From Vicugna vicugna (lineage: Eukaryota): DNA of 64,000 nt. Each line of letters opens with the position of its first letter. The stretch's first letter is position 1. The stretch is from contig MU058065.1 in assembly GCA_013265495.1 (NCBI GenBank), positions 8,597,819 to 8,661,818 of the forward strand, read 5' to 3'. The notes under the pieces were generated by a model that saw only the letters and a program-made list of their open reading frames with translations, was not told the DNA's origin and did no database searches. The position numbers and the translations under genes are program-made. Positions 1 through 14,245 of this stretch are shown in pieces.

Positions 1-1769
1 CCCAGTGCTTTAATGTAGCAGCCTTCCTCGACGGTATACACTTAAAGAAATTGGCTGTTTCTATCTTGCCAGAAATTCAAGTCCCCCTTTCCTCTCCATG
101 AACAGGAATTTAGTCTTATTATCCTTTGCCTTGAGTGACAGCAACTAATTTTCTCTTTTCCCTGTGGTGGCCTGAGCAGCAGAGCTGTGAACTGGTTCCA
201 GCAAGTTGATTGGGAGTAACAGTGTCACAGGGAAACACCAGGCCCCAGTTCTTCCCGCTGGCGGCTTTAGCCAAGTCACACCCTGCATTTGGTCTTCCCC
301 CCACCTCTAAAGCTGTCTGACTTGAACCCCCCAAATCAGACAAAACTGACTTGAAATCTCTTTGCTTAACAATGGCACACTTTTGCAGCCAGAGCTGCAA
401 ACTATCCCTTGGCTTAATCTGGTTAAAACCAGATAAAGAATTAGGTCAAAGGCCTCTAGCTGCAAAGCAGTCTGTTTCCAGAACTCCAGCGGAGCTGTGG
501 AATAAAAATAAGCAGGGAGAGTTGGAAAAGCATTATTGGTGTTTGCATTTGACTTGTTCTAGGTCAAAATTCTAGCTCTGGTTCTAAGTCGTAACGTAGG
601 AGCTTGCAGAGGGCAACAGGACTGCATGAGCAACCAGGGAAGGATGTGCCTTTCAGAGGTGCCCCTGGGAGTCATTGCAGGATGATACTTGGGGTCTGAG
701 GCTCTGCATGGTCTGTTGAGTCGAAACACCCAAACCGCCAGACCTTAGGAAAATTTCACTTTATTTTCTTCTAAGTGTTAGAGCATCCGGCATCAGTGCA
801 GCAGGTCACCCAGCTGAGGCCCCGCTTTCCCTGGGATTCGGAGAAGAAACTAGAAGAGAGCTCCAGGAGGTCAGAGGGGAGGAGACCCAGATGCAGATCT
901 GCAACCCAGAGGCTTGTTCTTATCTCTCTGGATTGGTGGGTCTGAGGAGGCTGAGAGAGAGAGAACCGCATCAGAGTTTGACCTCCCCAACTCAAAAGGC
1001 TCATTTCCATAGGCCCTAGTTACCAACAGATAGACAGCAAGTGTCCCGGAGAGGTGAGCTGTCTTGCCTACAAGGCCAAGCCTTGTTGGGAGCTGTTGGA
1101 GGGCCCTCCAGATTCTGGAGCCCCCAGGGACTAAGTGCCAGGCGCCTGGGCACTGGGTTCTTCTTGGCCTCCACTCCCTACCCGCCCCCTCCGAGGCTCA
1201 TCTAGTCTGTGGTCTGTCCTCTAATCCACTGAGTTTCTCTGCTCTGTCATTTGATCTGCGCCGTTTGGGCTGCGGTGGAAATAGAGGGCTAAGGAGTGGA
1301 GCGCCGTCTAGGAACAGTGACATGCAGTCCTGTCCCTCCTGCTCACACGCCGTGTGGGATCAGAGAGAATGGGCTTCTGTAGTCCCGACAGAGGATGCCT
1401 GTCCTGGGTGTGTGGCCTTGACATTGTCCAGACCAGCTCTGAGCTTCCTCTGCATAATCACCTCTCTCCCCTCGCCCCTACCGCCCCAGCCCCTCGCACT
1501 GGGATCTGGTTGCTGGGCAGTGAGGGGTGTGTGGCTGGCGGGGGGCAGCTGGAGAGCAAGGCGGGGGCCTGTCTGTCTTCTGGACCCGAGCGGCCAGGCC
1601 AGAGCTGCTTTTGGAATGGAAGCCCCTGCACATTATGTTCCATTTCTCTCATTGTGTCCCAGTTTCCACGTTGGTGGAGGGAAGGACAATGTAATGAGCT
1701 GAATTTGTGCTTAATTGGTGCAGCGTAAGAGTACTGAGAGGAACATGGGTTATGGAGTCGGACAGACTT

Positions 1770-2062
1770 TAAAAAGAAAATTTACTGAAGTAGAGTTGAT
1801 TTATAATGTTATGTTAGTTTCAGGTGTACAGCAAGTGATTCAGCTGTACATATATGTACATATTTATTCTTTTTCAGATTCTTTTCCATTATAGGCTGTT
1901 ACAAGCTACTGAATACAGTTCCCTGTGCTCTACAGCAGGACCTTGTTGTGTATCTATTTTATATATAGCAGTGTGTATCTGTTAATCCCAGACTCCTAAT
2001 TTGTACCCCACCACCACCCTTTTCCCCTTTGGTTACCACAGTTTGTCTTCTATGTCTGTGAC
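1770..2062 (-). mobile_element. Truncated L1 3' end inserted into a MIR
   Basis: Typical antisense artiodactyl-type L1 3'UTR (gaagtagagttgatttataatgtt...ccctgtgctctacagcaggacc). It is flanked by a repeated gacagactt (~1761 and ~2064), a likely TSD, with MIR-like sequence on both sides. Confidence 0.75.
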
Positions 2063-4974
2063 CGACAGACTTGAGTTTGAATTTTAGGTTCCCCACTGAA
2101 TAGCTGGGGGGTCTCAGCCGAGTTGTTTAACCTCCTAGGGCCTCACTTGGCGCATCTCTAGAAAGACCCATCTCGTCGGATTTTCTGATGGATGGAAAGA
2201 TACGTGTAGAGTGCCTGCCAGACAGAGCAGCCTCGATACCTACGATTCCTTAAAGAGCAAAGTACTTCTCAAATGTCAAATGCTTGGTCAGGCATTCAGG
2301 TAGAAGAGATGAGTGAATGACTTTGTTTTACTTCTTCTTTCTTGAATTTATTCTGTCTCCCAAAGATAGGAGAATCAAAATATCTGGATTATATAAACCT
2401 GCCTTGTTCAGAATACATGTAGAGTGGATGCCAAGTGGCTTTTTCTGATAAATTTAATGCTGCTTTCTAGATTCAAAGCAGAATCTGTCACCAGCAGAAG
2501 GTGGCCCTTTTGTGATTTGTCATATTCATTTGAATGCAGCCAGCCCATTGGAACACCTGCTGTGTACAGAGGACTGTGTGGGACAAGGGTGAATCCAGGT
2601 GTATCTGCGGAACCCACTATTTGTAGTGAGAGAGACATGCAAATTCCTATATAACAATATCGCGATAGTAACTACAACAGTTCCCGTAAAGAGGCTGAGG
2701 AAGCTTAGAAGAAGAAGCAGTTACTTTAACTGGTAAGACGACTTCTTGAAGTGGTGGCGTTTGAGCTAAGCCTTGAGGAGTGACTAGGATTTAGGTGGCG
2801 GTGGAATGAGGGCATGTATGAACGTGGTCAACGGCACCCAGGGTCCAGGTGCCCTCCAGACTGGACTGGTGGGGCCCTGTGGCCCGGGCACGCTCTTTGG
2901 GACAAAGCTGGAGCTTCAGATCATGGAGAGCCTGTTTGGACTGGAACTTTATTCCATGAGTAGCGGGGAACGGCTGGAGTTCTCTGGGAGGGAAATGGCC
3001 CAGTTTGGCCTTAGGAAGATGGCTGATTGGGAGGCGACTGGAGGAGTTAGCTTCTGGAAGCAGGGGGACCATTACTGTGGCTGCTCAGGCCAATTAAGGC
3101 GAGGCGGTCGGAAGAGAAAAGAAGGGAATCTTGTGACAGAAGGAGAAGCAACGGGACTGGGTGATTGACTGAGGTTGGGAAGGTGGGAATGAAGGGGAGT
3201 GAGCAGCCGGCGACCGCGTGTCAGAGGAGTGTCAGAGGCCAGGTGCTGGCTTGGTGGGGGGTCAGGGGGTCAGACTGGACTCTATCGGGTGGCTCAGTCA
3301 ACAGCCCATCCACATGGAGGCATCTGGCAGAAAGGGGCAATTGGAGACCTGGAGCTGAGGCAACAGAAGGAGACTGGGGAGTCACTGGCAGGGAAGCAGC
3401 GGCTGCAGAAGCTGGGGCATCAGGGGAAATTATCCAGGGAGGTGGCGAGGACAAGACCCAAGACAGAGGCTGGGGAAAGGACTGCACAAGAAAAGGAGGA
3501 AGAAGAGGATCCTGCAAAGAGCGAGGGGAGGGGGAGAGGGAGAGGGAGGGGCTCAGCTGAAGGAGATGCTTTAAAGGCAGCAGATCCTGAATCTCAGCCG
3601 TCCTGCTGGCTGACTCCAGGCAGGCTACTGGGCACACCTGTCCCCTGCGGTGTGGGGGGCTGGTGTCCACGACAGGCGCTGTCCTGAGGGGACACTTAGT
3701 AGACGCTCATTCCTTTCCCCTTCCCTGCAGAAACCTGGGGAGGCATGCTCAGAAGGGGTGGCTGCCAGGGTTCAAGGCTTTGGGAAAGGACTGTGAGACA
3801 CCCCTGTTCAGTCACTAGTGAGACGAGGAGGTGGGAAGGTAACTCCGGCACTTTGGGTGGGTAACAGATCTGAGGAAGGCCGACTGCCAGGGGCTGGTGA
3901 GTAAGGGGATGAGGAGGAAGTGAGAACAGCTTAGAGGGACCTGAAGCCAGTTGGCAGCAGGGTGGAGGAGGGAGCCCAGCCTCAGGAAGGAGCAGGGTTA
4001 GTGGGAAGGGCGTCGTGGCTGCTGCATCAGGGAAGCCAGCTGTCCCCTTGAGAAGAGCAAGCTAGTTCCTTGCAGAATCCTTTTCCTCTTGGATTCGGCC
4101 TCCGAGGGTCAAGCTTTTGGGTGTTTGTTCAGAGGTGCCAGCTCTGGAAGGAGGAAGCCCATCACACAAGGCAGGGAAACTGCGGTCTGTCACGTGAGCC
4201 TGGAGAGGCCTCGGCTGGCTTTCTGAACGAGGCTTCCCTGTGACCCTGTCACTCACAAGCCTGGGAGATGGGGGCCGCAAGCTCTCCGGGGACTTTTCCC
4301 GGGGAAGGACAACACTGTGGCCGGCTGCCTTTTGAAATGAGAGATGGGGCATCAAGAGGAAGTGCCGTGGGTAAGTCTAAGAAATCTGGGGCTTTTCTCA
4401 GTCCTGAAGCCTGGAGCCTAGTTTCAGAAAAGTTGGGGCAATTTCAGGCTCTCTCTGTTGCAGGCAAGCACCTCCCGGTCCAGAACATTGGCCTTTTCTC
4501 CTCCATCCTCAGAATATCAGAGCTTACTTGGCAGCTTCTGCCACCTCCCCACCGCCCACCCCGCCTTCCTCTTTAAGGGAGTGGTTTTGCCTTTGTCTCA
4601 CTCCTCCAAGACGAAGATGAGATGGACAGGAGGGCGTGTAGGGGAGGGGTGGGGAAGGTGGGAGGGGGTGAGATCCTTCCACCTGCTCTGAGATGGGGGA
4701 GACAGAGCCGAAGTCCCCAAAGGAAGGACTGGAGTAACGTCCCAGGGAGTCAGCCCTTGAGAAAGGCATTCTTGGATTTGGTAGCATTCTTGGCCAAAGC
4801 CTGGGAATAGTCTGCTTCTAGAAAAGTTTTTCCCAGGATTTCAATTGTGTTTTCTTAGTTCCTCCTTCAGGCTGGTCTCTGTTCTAATCATCTGCTCTTT
4901 CATCCTCTTCCTACTTACTTTCCTCCCTTCCTACCTTGCTCATGCGTGTCCCCCCACCTTCCTGTTTGAAGAAT

Positions 4975-5225
4975 CAGTGTGGACAGTGGCGAAGTGTGTT
5001 GCCCCTACAACCGGGCTGCCTGGGTCTGAAACCGCAGCTCCTCACTCACTGGTGTGCACGCTTGGGCAGGTGCTTCACCTCCCTGAACCTCATTTTCCTC
5101 ATCCTTAAGATGGTATAATAATATCCATCTCATAGAGTGACACATCGTATTATGAGAATTAACTGAGTAAATACATATGAAGAGCTTAGAGTAGCACCTG
5201 GGAAGTAGTAAGTGCTCTGTAAACA
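4975..5225 (+). mobile_element. MIR SINE
   Basis: MIR core motifs: ttgggcaggtgcttcacctccctgaacctcattttcctcatc, atggtataataata, tagtaagtgctc. Confidence 0.7.
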
Positions 5226-6979
5226 CTATCCGTCTGTCTGTCTGTCTCTATCTCCTTTTTCATAAATGCCTTCAAATTCTTTTTGGATTTTGCCAGGTGG
5301 CACAGAAAAAATATATTATGTTGAAAGAGCCTATAGAAATTGTATTTCTAGAAATCATAAATTATATAGTATATTTCTACTAAAGTACCGAAATTCTAAC
5401 TTAGAGTTCCCTTACCGGATCTCTCAGAATTAGAGAGCCTTCATGCTGGATGGAAAGTTCCTTCTAACGTTGATTTTCTTTCTTGTGGCTTCCATCAAGA
5501 CTAACCGGTCTTAGTGGAACAAGGAGTAAATAAAGTTATTAGTTATTGGTTCCTGTCATTAGGAGTAAATGAAAACACATCTGACTCTTAGGTTGAAAAA
5601 AGTCAGCACCGCCAGAGGACCAGGTGCAGGGACGTGTCTTCCGCATGAACTGCTGCTACTACATTTCGACCTATAGATTTTACTTCCTAGGCCTTGTTTG
5701 TTATATGTTTCAAACCATGATGATCACATTCCGCGTATTAGCTATCTCGGCTACATTTGTGACCTTTGGCCTCACGAAACCGAGCCCTATTCTGCATTAC
5801 TGAAAACCTCCCTCCAGGCTGACATCAGCTGTTTTGAGTCCTCTTCAGCAGCTGCACAACTACCCTGGTCTGCCTTATCTGTTACATGTTTCTCTCTGAA
5901 AAGCAAACATGAGAGATTCTGTTAGAGGCTCATTAAAATCCAGATACCCCCCCACCCCTGGTATTGTATGTCTTCCTCTTTCTTACCTGGTATTTCCCAC
6001 TACCTACAAAATGAAAGAAAACTAAACTGGAGAAGCAGTCATGATGATTTTTCTATCTTTTAGAGAATCTCTCTTCATTTTAAATTGAAAGTAGCATAAG
6101 ATGATGTGAATTAGTGAAAGTTGAAAGCAAAGGGGTAACTATTACATACAATGTCCAGAGAATTCGTTTTACCAAAAGGCTATCTCTCTCTAGTAAAAGC
6201 ATTTGGCTGCTGTTCATTTTGTAATGCCCTAATTTAGATGTTTAATTTTTGTAATGCAGTATTATAGCCACAATTGTCTGATACCTTTTTTTAACTTCAG
6301 TGTTGAGTTGAAGTGGAAATTCCCAAAGGGGTGTAGATACTGCAGGGTACATGTAGGTACTTAGTACTTTTTGATGGTGATGTTAGAAAGATACAACTAA
6401 GAAGCCAAAACATTTTAAGGCATTTTCTAGCTTTAAGGCACATTTAGGAAAGAAAATACTGTAATTTTTTAGGGGACTATTTTCTATAAAACAAATATAT
6501 ATGTTTATTATAATTTTATTTGTCTGTACCAGATGGTCAAAAAGTCAAGTTAAAGAAGGATTTGGAACCGTATATTCTGGTACAGAATGATGACTAAAAT
6601 ATATTATCAAGTGAAAAGTACAAGGTATAGTATGCTACTATTTATGGGAAAAAAATAGAAGGCTCTAGGAGAAATTGGGAACATTTATTACTTGTAGAGA
6701 GGACACTGGTGGCTGGGTAAAGGAGCTTTCAGTGCTTTTTGAATTCTGAATCATGTGAATGTATTACCTAACTTAAATTAACAAATAATAAATGTATAAG
6801 AAAAAAGCTGGATTGGGGAAGCAACAATAAGTAGTTTTTTAAATTTCCTTTTTTTAAGGGTAAACAGGCTTTGGAGTTAGATGCACTTAAGCGTTGAATT
6901 CTGGCTTGACTGCTGCTGGCAAATGAGTGTGGGGAAAGTTCTATCACTTTATTATAAAATTTGGGAAAGATCTTCTTGG

Positions 6980-7487
6980 CGTTACCGAAAAATTGGCCCC
7001 TGAACCCTGAAAGGCAAATTCAAACTCGGAGACAGAGTTTGGGAGCAAATTAAAAAGCAGCTTTATTGCCTTGCCGGGCAGAGGGGAGTCACAGCAGGCT
7101 AGTGCCTTAGTAACTGTGAATCCATCATGGAGTTGGGGCTTGGTGATTATACAGGCGAACGGGACGGAGTGTATCAGTGATAATGAACAATAGAGTCTTT
7201 TACAAAAGTTTGTCTTGTGTCACGGGAACTTCTGGTGGTCTGTTAAGTAGTTCATTGCCTGCAGCCTTCGCGTTATCTGGTCTGATCCCTCTGGTGTTAT
7301 AGGGGCTTTTGGAGGGTCTGGCCGTTCCTTCAGGGTTATCGTTCCGTGACCTTCTTTTTGGAAAACAGCTCCTAGGTTTAGGTACAATTATTTAGGGTAG
7401 GGCATAACTCAAAGAAAGCAAATTAATTAATCACAATAAATTCTTAAAGCTGCCTTAGCATCAGGGAAGCCATTTTGTGACTCCTTC
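6980..7487 (-). mobile_element. Solo ERV1-type LTR
   Basis: Begins (c)gttaccg and ends ...ccttca. It has a minus-strand AATAAA (gctttattg, ~7060) and an overall layout typical of artiodactyl ERV1 LTRs. Family not assignable without a search. Confidence 0.6.
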
Positions 7488-7532
7488 ATTGCCTGGGTTT
7501 TTATACAGATCAAATATAGTAAGAACCATTTC

Positions 7533-8174
<642 letters not shown>

Positions 8175-9329
8175 AAGAACTATTTCTTAAAGTGTAGTTT
8201 GTGATTATCTGATCTTAGGGTATGGAATGAAGAAGATAAAGAAGATTTAAGACTGGGTGTGAGCATCTTCCTCTGAAGATTTTTTTTTTTAACCATCCCA
8301 GAAAGATAAAAGACAAGATCATCTCAATGCTAGGTTCTAGATGGTAAATAGATTTTAACTGAAAGTTATTATGAATCAAACGTTAACTTTGAATCATTAG
8401 ATCCAGTCAAGAGGGTTCAACATGTCTTTGTAATTAAGAGAATTGAGTATTAAACCAATAATGGTTAGACCCCTCTTCTCTGGATTTTTGGAGGAAATTC
8501 GCCATGAAATATAAGCCATTTCCTCTCCCCTGTTAGAACAACAGTCTTGTGAGAGTTGAGAAGCTCTGCTCTGATGGGGAGAGTTCAGGGGAGGCACCAT
8601 AAAGCAATCCCCTGATGCAGAGAAAGACTGCTGTTGTATCTGTGTCGTTGTCTAAGTCGCCCCTGGGACAGAAGGATTGAGCCGTCAACACTGCATTCTT
8701 TGTAAGCCATATCCATTCCTACCTAAATAGGCCTATATGCTGAACATTTTCCCCCAGGGTCTAGAGGTGGGAAAATATGAGACTCACATTTTGTGGAGTA
8801 TTTATAGTTACCTTTTTGTTTATGTACTCATTGAGTGGGCTCTGTAACATGAATCTCTCAGATGCAAGGGCCAGAAAGAGGACTCCAGTTGTCTAAACCA
8901 GAATGGAATTAGCTTAGATAACAGAATTCCAGAAATAGGACTGACTTCAAATGAGATTTAATTATGAAGCCCAGGATGGCCTCAGGCTCTACCTCTCTGT
9001 GATTCTTTCGTCTTGGTCCTCTTCTGAGTATTGGCCTTCTTAAGCTGGCTCGTCTCACTGTAGTAAAAGCTATGGGAGCATTTCTGGATTTGGTACCCTC
9101 ACACCCTGTCCTGTGGGGGAAGAGAGAACACCCCTCCTGATAGTGTCCAGAAGTCTGTGGATTTTGTTGCATCTCCTTGGCTTGAGTTGGGTTACGTGCC
9201 CATCTCTGAGCCAACAGGATATACTGGTTGGCTTAAGTTATTGAATTTCAAACCTTGCACCCACCTCAAAGGATTCCTATTTCATTGCTCTGGGAGGAGG
9301 ATCCCCTGCATTGGTATTTTATTTTATTT

Positions 9330-9560
9330 TTTAATTTTTTTTGTCATTGTTATTTATTTTTTTACTTTTTCAAAGTTGAGTTATAGTCAGTTTACAATGT
9401 TGTGTCAATTTCCAGTGTAGAGAACAATTTTTCAGTTATACCTGAACATACATATATTCATTGTCTCATTCTTTTTCGCTGTGAGCTACCACAAGATCTT
9501 GTATATATTTCCCTGTGCTATACAGCATAATCTTGTTTATCTATTCTACATATGCCTGTG
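9330..9560 (-). mobile_element. Truncated camelid-type L1 3' end
   Basis: T-rich tail followed by ttatagtcagtttacaatgttgtgtcaatttccagtgtagagaacaattttt. Nearly the same sequence occurs at 40310-40470. Confidence 0.8.
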
Positions 9561-9614
9561 TTTTGTTTTTTAATAGCAGCCTTCCTAGTGAGTGAAAGTG
9601 ATGTCACACGCTTT

Positions 9615-9718
9615 TGGGGGTTGGGGGAATAATTAGGCTTATTCATTTATTTTTGGAGGCAGTACTGGGGACCTCGTGCATGCTAAGCACGTACTCTACC
9701 ACTTGAGCTATACCCTCC
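9615..9718 (-). mobile_element. tRNA-derived SINE (Vic-1 type), internally deleted
   Basis: Reverse complement reads ggagggtatagctcaagtggtagagtacgtgcttagcatgcacgagg...ccccagtactgcctcc, matching the copy at 29351. Confidence 0.8.
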
Positions 9719-12449
9719 TGCTCATGCATTGGTATTTTAAAATATTCCCTATTAGTTCTAATGTACAACCAAAGTTGAGTTTATTGGCCTAAGCCAATCA
9801 GTGCTCACTCTTAGAGCTGAGAATGTAACTGTTCTCCAAAGCAAAATCGAGTTAAACTGACAGATTGTTGAGAGAAGGGGAAAATAGATCTAGGGGAACA
9901 AACATCAAATATCTGCTTGTGGCAAACGTATCCGTGGCCCCAGTGTTCATATCACATCTTTCTTTTTTGCCATCAGAACCCACATTTTGTTTGGGACCAC
10001 AGTGTGCCAGCCCCAGGGGATATAGGTTGTGATTGGCGCAAATACTGGTGATAATCTGTGTCCCCACTTGTCCTGCCTCCCTTACAATGAGAGAGAAACA
10101 TGAAAGAGCTAAATCGCTCTCTTTGTTCATAGCAGAGGATGCAAAGCTAGTTTAAAGTTAATACATAAGACATGAGAAGTGTAAGCCTAATATTTGGAGT
10201 TACAGAAGTAACCACCAGAGAAGAAGAAAGGGGCTGAGCTGGGGGAGAAAAAAGGGAGGGAGAGGAGAAAAAAGAAATGTTCACAGGTAGCCACTTCTAA
10301 GGAATAAGACAAGAAAAAAGAGGATGAGAGAGCAAACACTTAGTTGTCATTTTATACCCCTCTGTTCTCTGTTTATTTCTATGTGATTATATTCTTTTTA
10401 TAATTAATTATATACATTAATTGCTTCTGAAGTTGCTCCTAAGAGTGGAAGATGATTTTAAAAACCATGTAACCTACTGTTCAACAACATTTCTTTAAAT
10501 GTATAAATCACCTTTTTGACATGAAATAAGGAGGACTTTTTAACTGTGCCATTTGTCCACAACCTCACAGTGCAGAGAGGAATCAGACGTTTTAATTTTG
10601 TGCATGAGAAAATCATCCCAGGAGCTTAAATCAGAACTCAAAGTCAAGGCCAGCTCATGGACGGAAAGCTGCAGGAGCTCCTGATGGCGGCAGGAGATTG
10701 AGCTGTGTTCTGCGTTTCATGTTTGGCCGCAGCCTTCTTATCTAGCAGCCCTAAGCTGATTTGGCCAACAACTAGTCAGAAGAAAAACCTCAAGAATTCA
10801 GCTATAAGCATCTTCAGTTTTTTGTTCTTTAGTCACATCATTTTCAGTTTGACTTGGTTCCCAGGTCGTCTGTGAAATTAAATCTGCTTGATTTCTTTTA
10901 TTATGCTTTTGCTCATGATTAAAGTTTCGGGTCACAGCGTCACAATAACCACAACGTATTATTTCAGAAATTATGAGAAAACAAAGACTACTCTGGAAAA
11001 TAAGACTTTAAATTTTGATGTCGAGTAGGTTTGGGTGTCAAGTCACTTGTGAATAATATTTAACTGATCTTTAATTGTGATTTTCAGATTGTTTGTCTAA
11101 AGAAATTGGTACAATTTAAAAAATGTAGAAGGACATCGTGAGACTTATTTTTTTTCTGATTCCAGGAAATAGGTGAGTTAGCTTCTTTAGTGTGTGTAAG
11201 ATTTTGTTTCCCCGTTTCTCATTTGCCACATTTAGATTCTATTCTTTAGGGTCGTATGTTAAAGAGGAATTCAGATTCCCCTCTTACCGTTTATTTTTTC
11301 AAAAGCCAATTTTTAGTTAAAACTCTACCTAAGATTCCACTGGTTTTAGAGCTTTCAATTTTGCACAGAACTCTCAGACCTTTTCATATATGATTATCCA
11401 TGACTACTGTGTCAAAAGAAGGCAGTAATAATGTGGATTTATGAAATGCAGTTTCATCCTGTTCATCTTAACAGGCACCTATCATGTTCAGGTCAGCCAG
11501 TGGCATCATTGTTTGGGGCCATCCTTAGCAGATTTTAAAATGTCACATTGTTGCTTCTCCATCGAACTGTTTATTAGGGGAATAGACACTGAAATGGCAT
11601 GAATTTGTGTAACATTTGATGTTGGTATTTAGGAATAGCAAATAAATGATAGATGGACAGCAAGAAGAGAAAGGTTAAAAAAAAAAAAACTGGAAGCCTA
11701 GATGACCCAATAATAAATGGGTCTCTGAAAAATAGAAATTTGGCTACACCTAGTGCAGGACACAAGTTTGGAGGCGTTAGCCTAAGGAGCTGAAAGTTAG
11801 CAGAGACCTCTAATTGCAAGTTAATGAAGCCACCTAGTGGTTTGGTACATAATCTAAGGTTGTGGGAATTTGTAAAGTGTGGATTGATTGTGTGGGTCTG
11901 GAACCAGGCATGGCAAGGAGTCTGGCTACTTTCCATTCAGTCCAGCAAGGAGGGTCAGTTACACTGAGAATAAGCACAGCCCTGCTCTGTGTCATCTTTT
12001 ATTTATGTATAGTCTTTTTGTCGGAAAGGACTCAAGATAACTTTCGTGAAAATACAATGAGAGAGCACAAACTAGAAGACGAGACAGAGAAAAAACATGA
12101 ATAAAGACACAGAGTAGTAAAAACTTCTGGTAATTCAAAAATGCTTCCAAAATCCTATCAGTTTTCCATTGAAAGGGCTCTACATTTTCAGGTAAGTGTG
12201 GAAATTGATTGGTTATGAAATTCACAATGTCCAGAAGAGTGAAACAATTTCCAGGAAAAGTAAAATCACACCTGATGTCAAAGAGCAGAGAAATTTTCCT
12301 TCTGGAGGTCCTCACAGATCACGTAGCGCATAGCGTAATGTGTATTGTCCCTAGTCCTCATGACGGAAATCATTCTGAGTTGAGAGATTTTTTCCTAAAG
12401 GTGTCCACACTGCTTTGGAGGAGAATGTGCACCAAACTCCATTTTCAGG

Positions 12450-12640
12450 GCTTGCATTAAAGCATTTGATCCTCAAAATAAGCCTGCGAGGTAGGTAGTG
12501 TTATGATCTCCGTATTATAGTTGAGCCCACTGAGACACAGGGAGGTTATCAACTTGCCCGAAGTCAGGCTGTTAAACAATGCAGGTAGGACTCAGACCTG
12601 GGAAGTCTGGCTCTAGCACCCACGCTCTTTTCCAAGATGC
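12450..12640 (-). mobile_element. MIR SINE
   Basis: gaggtaggtagtgttatgatctccgtattatagttgag...actgagacacagggaggtt...aacttgcccgaagtca is the antisense MIR core. Confidence 0.65.
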
Positions 12641-14154
12641 TGTGTATACAGAGTGGCCCAGCCAATGAAAATAGCAATACTGAATTCTTACATGGTCCGT
12701 GGGGGAGGAGGTAGGAGTGCTTTAACGTGACGCTGAAGATGAGGTCGGGACTGCACATGTCTGAGGTGACTCAGTTGACTTTGCCCTCCAGGGTTCCAGA
12801 CTTTACCCCGACCCCCGTCACTACACACTCTTGTACACACATGGGCACACACGCCTTTGGTCAAAAACAGAGGACCAAGAAAGAGTAATCAGATTCACCA
12901 ACTTCCTGACTTCTAGAAAACAGGTGAAATCCAGGACCTTTTTGATGCCTTTGTATCTTCAGATACAGGAGCTAAATGCAATCGTAACAAAACGCACTTT
13001 ATTTTGCTAGTTGTTCTTTCTCGATGTGGTATCTATAAACGCTTGTGAATGGCAGCTAAATTGATTTCTCTTAACCAGTCATGAAAGTTGATTAGCAATG
13101 AGCAGATCAGCGATGAGCAAGGTAAGCCTGGAAAGGAACTTGGTAGGGAAATCAGGGCATCACTGAAACATTTCTAGTTAGAGGAGTCAGAATAGCCTGT
13201 AACTTGAGTCTTAAATCGAGCAGTTAGAATGATGTTCTTTTAAGCTGTGCATTAGGGTAGTTGTGTGGTTAATGTTATTGCTAACAGGAAAAAGTACACG
13301 CTATAAAATGACTCTTCTATATAGGTAAGACTCCTTGAAAACAAATTTCCATGGCATTTAAAAGAAATGCTTAGCACAATAAAGATTTTAATGCTCCTAA
13401 AAGATTCAAGTTCTGTTTGAGGACCAACATGATGGCCTACCACCCATAAGACTGAAGTTTCCAGAATGATAAGCTGTTAATAGTTCTGCCAAATGCTTGA
13501 AAGATTCATCTTATCATGGGAGTATAAAGGAAAGAGGGCGCTGCTGAGATATGAAGGAAACATTGACTGGAAATCAAAAAACTTGGGATTTACTTTATTC
13601 TGATGACAAAGGAAGACACAAATTCTTTGTGTGTTATTTTTCTCATGAACTTGGGAGTCAGACCTGGATTCAAATACCGGTTCTGATCCCTGTTAGGGCT
13701 GGATGATATTGGATTAACCAGTTAAGACTTTTTTGGCCTCAGTTTCTTCATCTATAAAATGGCTTCAGTAATTCGTAAATCTTGTCAGGTGCTCACTGTA
13801 TGTATATTGTGTTTTTTTAATACCTTTGATCTTTGTAACAGTCTTAAATGGCATATTCACTATTGTTATCCCCACTTTACCGGTGCTATCACTGCAGTTG
13901 GGAGAATAGGTAATGTGAAGAGTTTAGGATAATTTTTGCAGTGTGTTATAGCGCCTGGTACATAGCAGATTCTCCAGACATGGGAGCTGAGGTCTACCTG
14001 TTGTCTCCATCTCTTTCTTCTCCTCTTCTTTTGGGATATGCTTTGAAGATTGGTGACGAGGAGAACTGCATGCTTAAACAGCTTAAGTTTGGGAATTAGA
14101 CAGAGATTTAGGCCAACTGTTTAGAAATAAAACTGAATTTTAATTTTCCTGCAG

Positions 14155-14245
14155 GAGTGGCAAAAACTCAACTATGATATCTACACCCTGCGACAGATTC
14201 GAAGGGAAGTGAGAAGTAGATGGAAACGCATTTTAGAAGATTTAG
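14155..14245 (+). CDS. MREG: Melanoregulin, internal coding exon (third from last)
   Basis: Acceptor ttttcctgcag and donor G|gtgagt, 91 nt. Encodes [30 protein letters not shown], which matches remembered melanoregulin. Confidence 0.95.

Noticed and set aside
1064..1728. 212-aa and 124-aa overlapping ORFs
   Set aside because: Non-ATG starts, no recognisable domain and GC-rich intronic context.
11088..11172. Possible extra MREG exon (ttttcag ... ag|gtgagt)
   Set aside because: Its 85 nt would shift the frame and it shows no similarity to melanoregulin. Splice-like motifs alone are insufficient.
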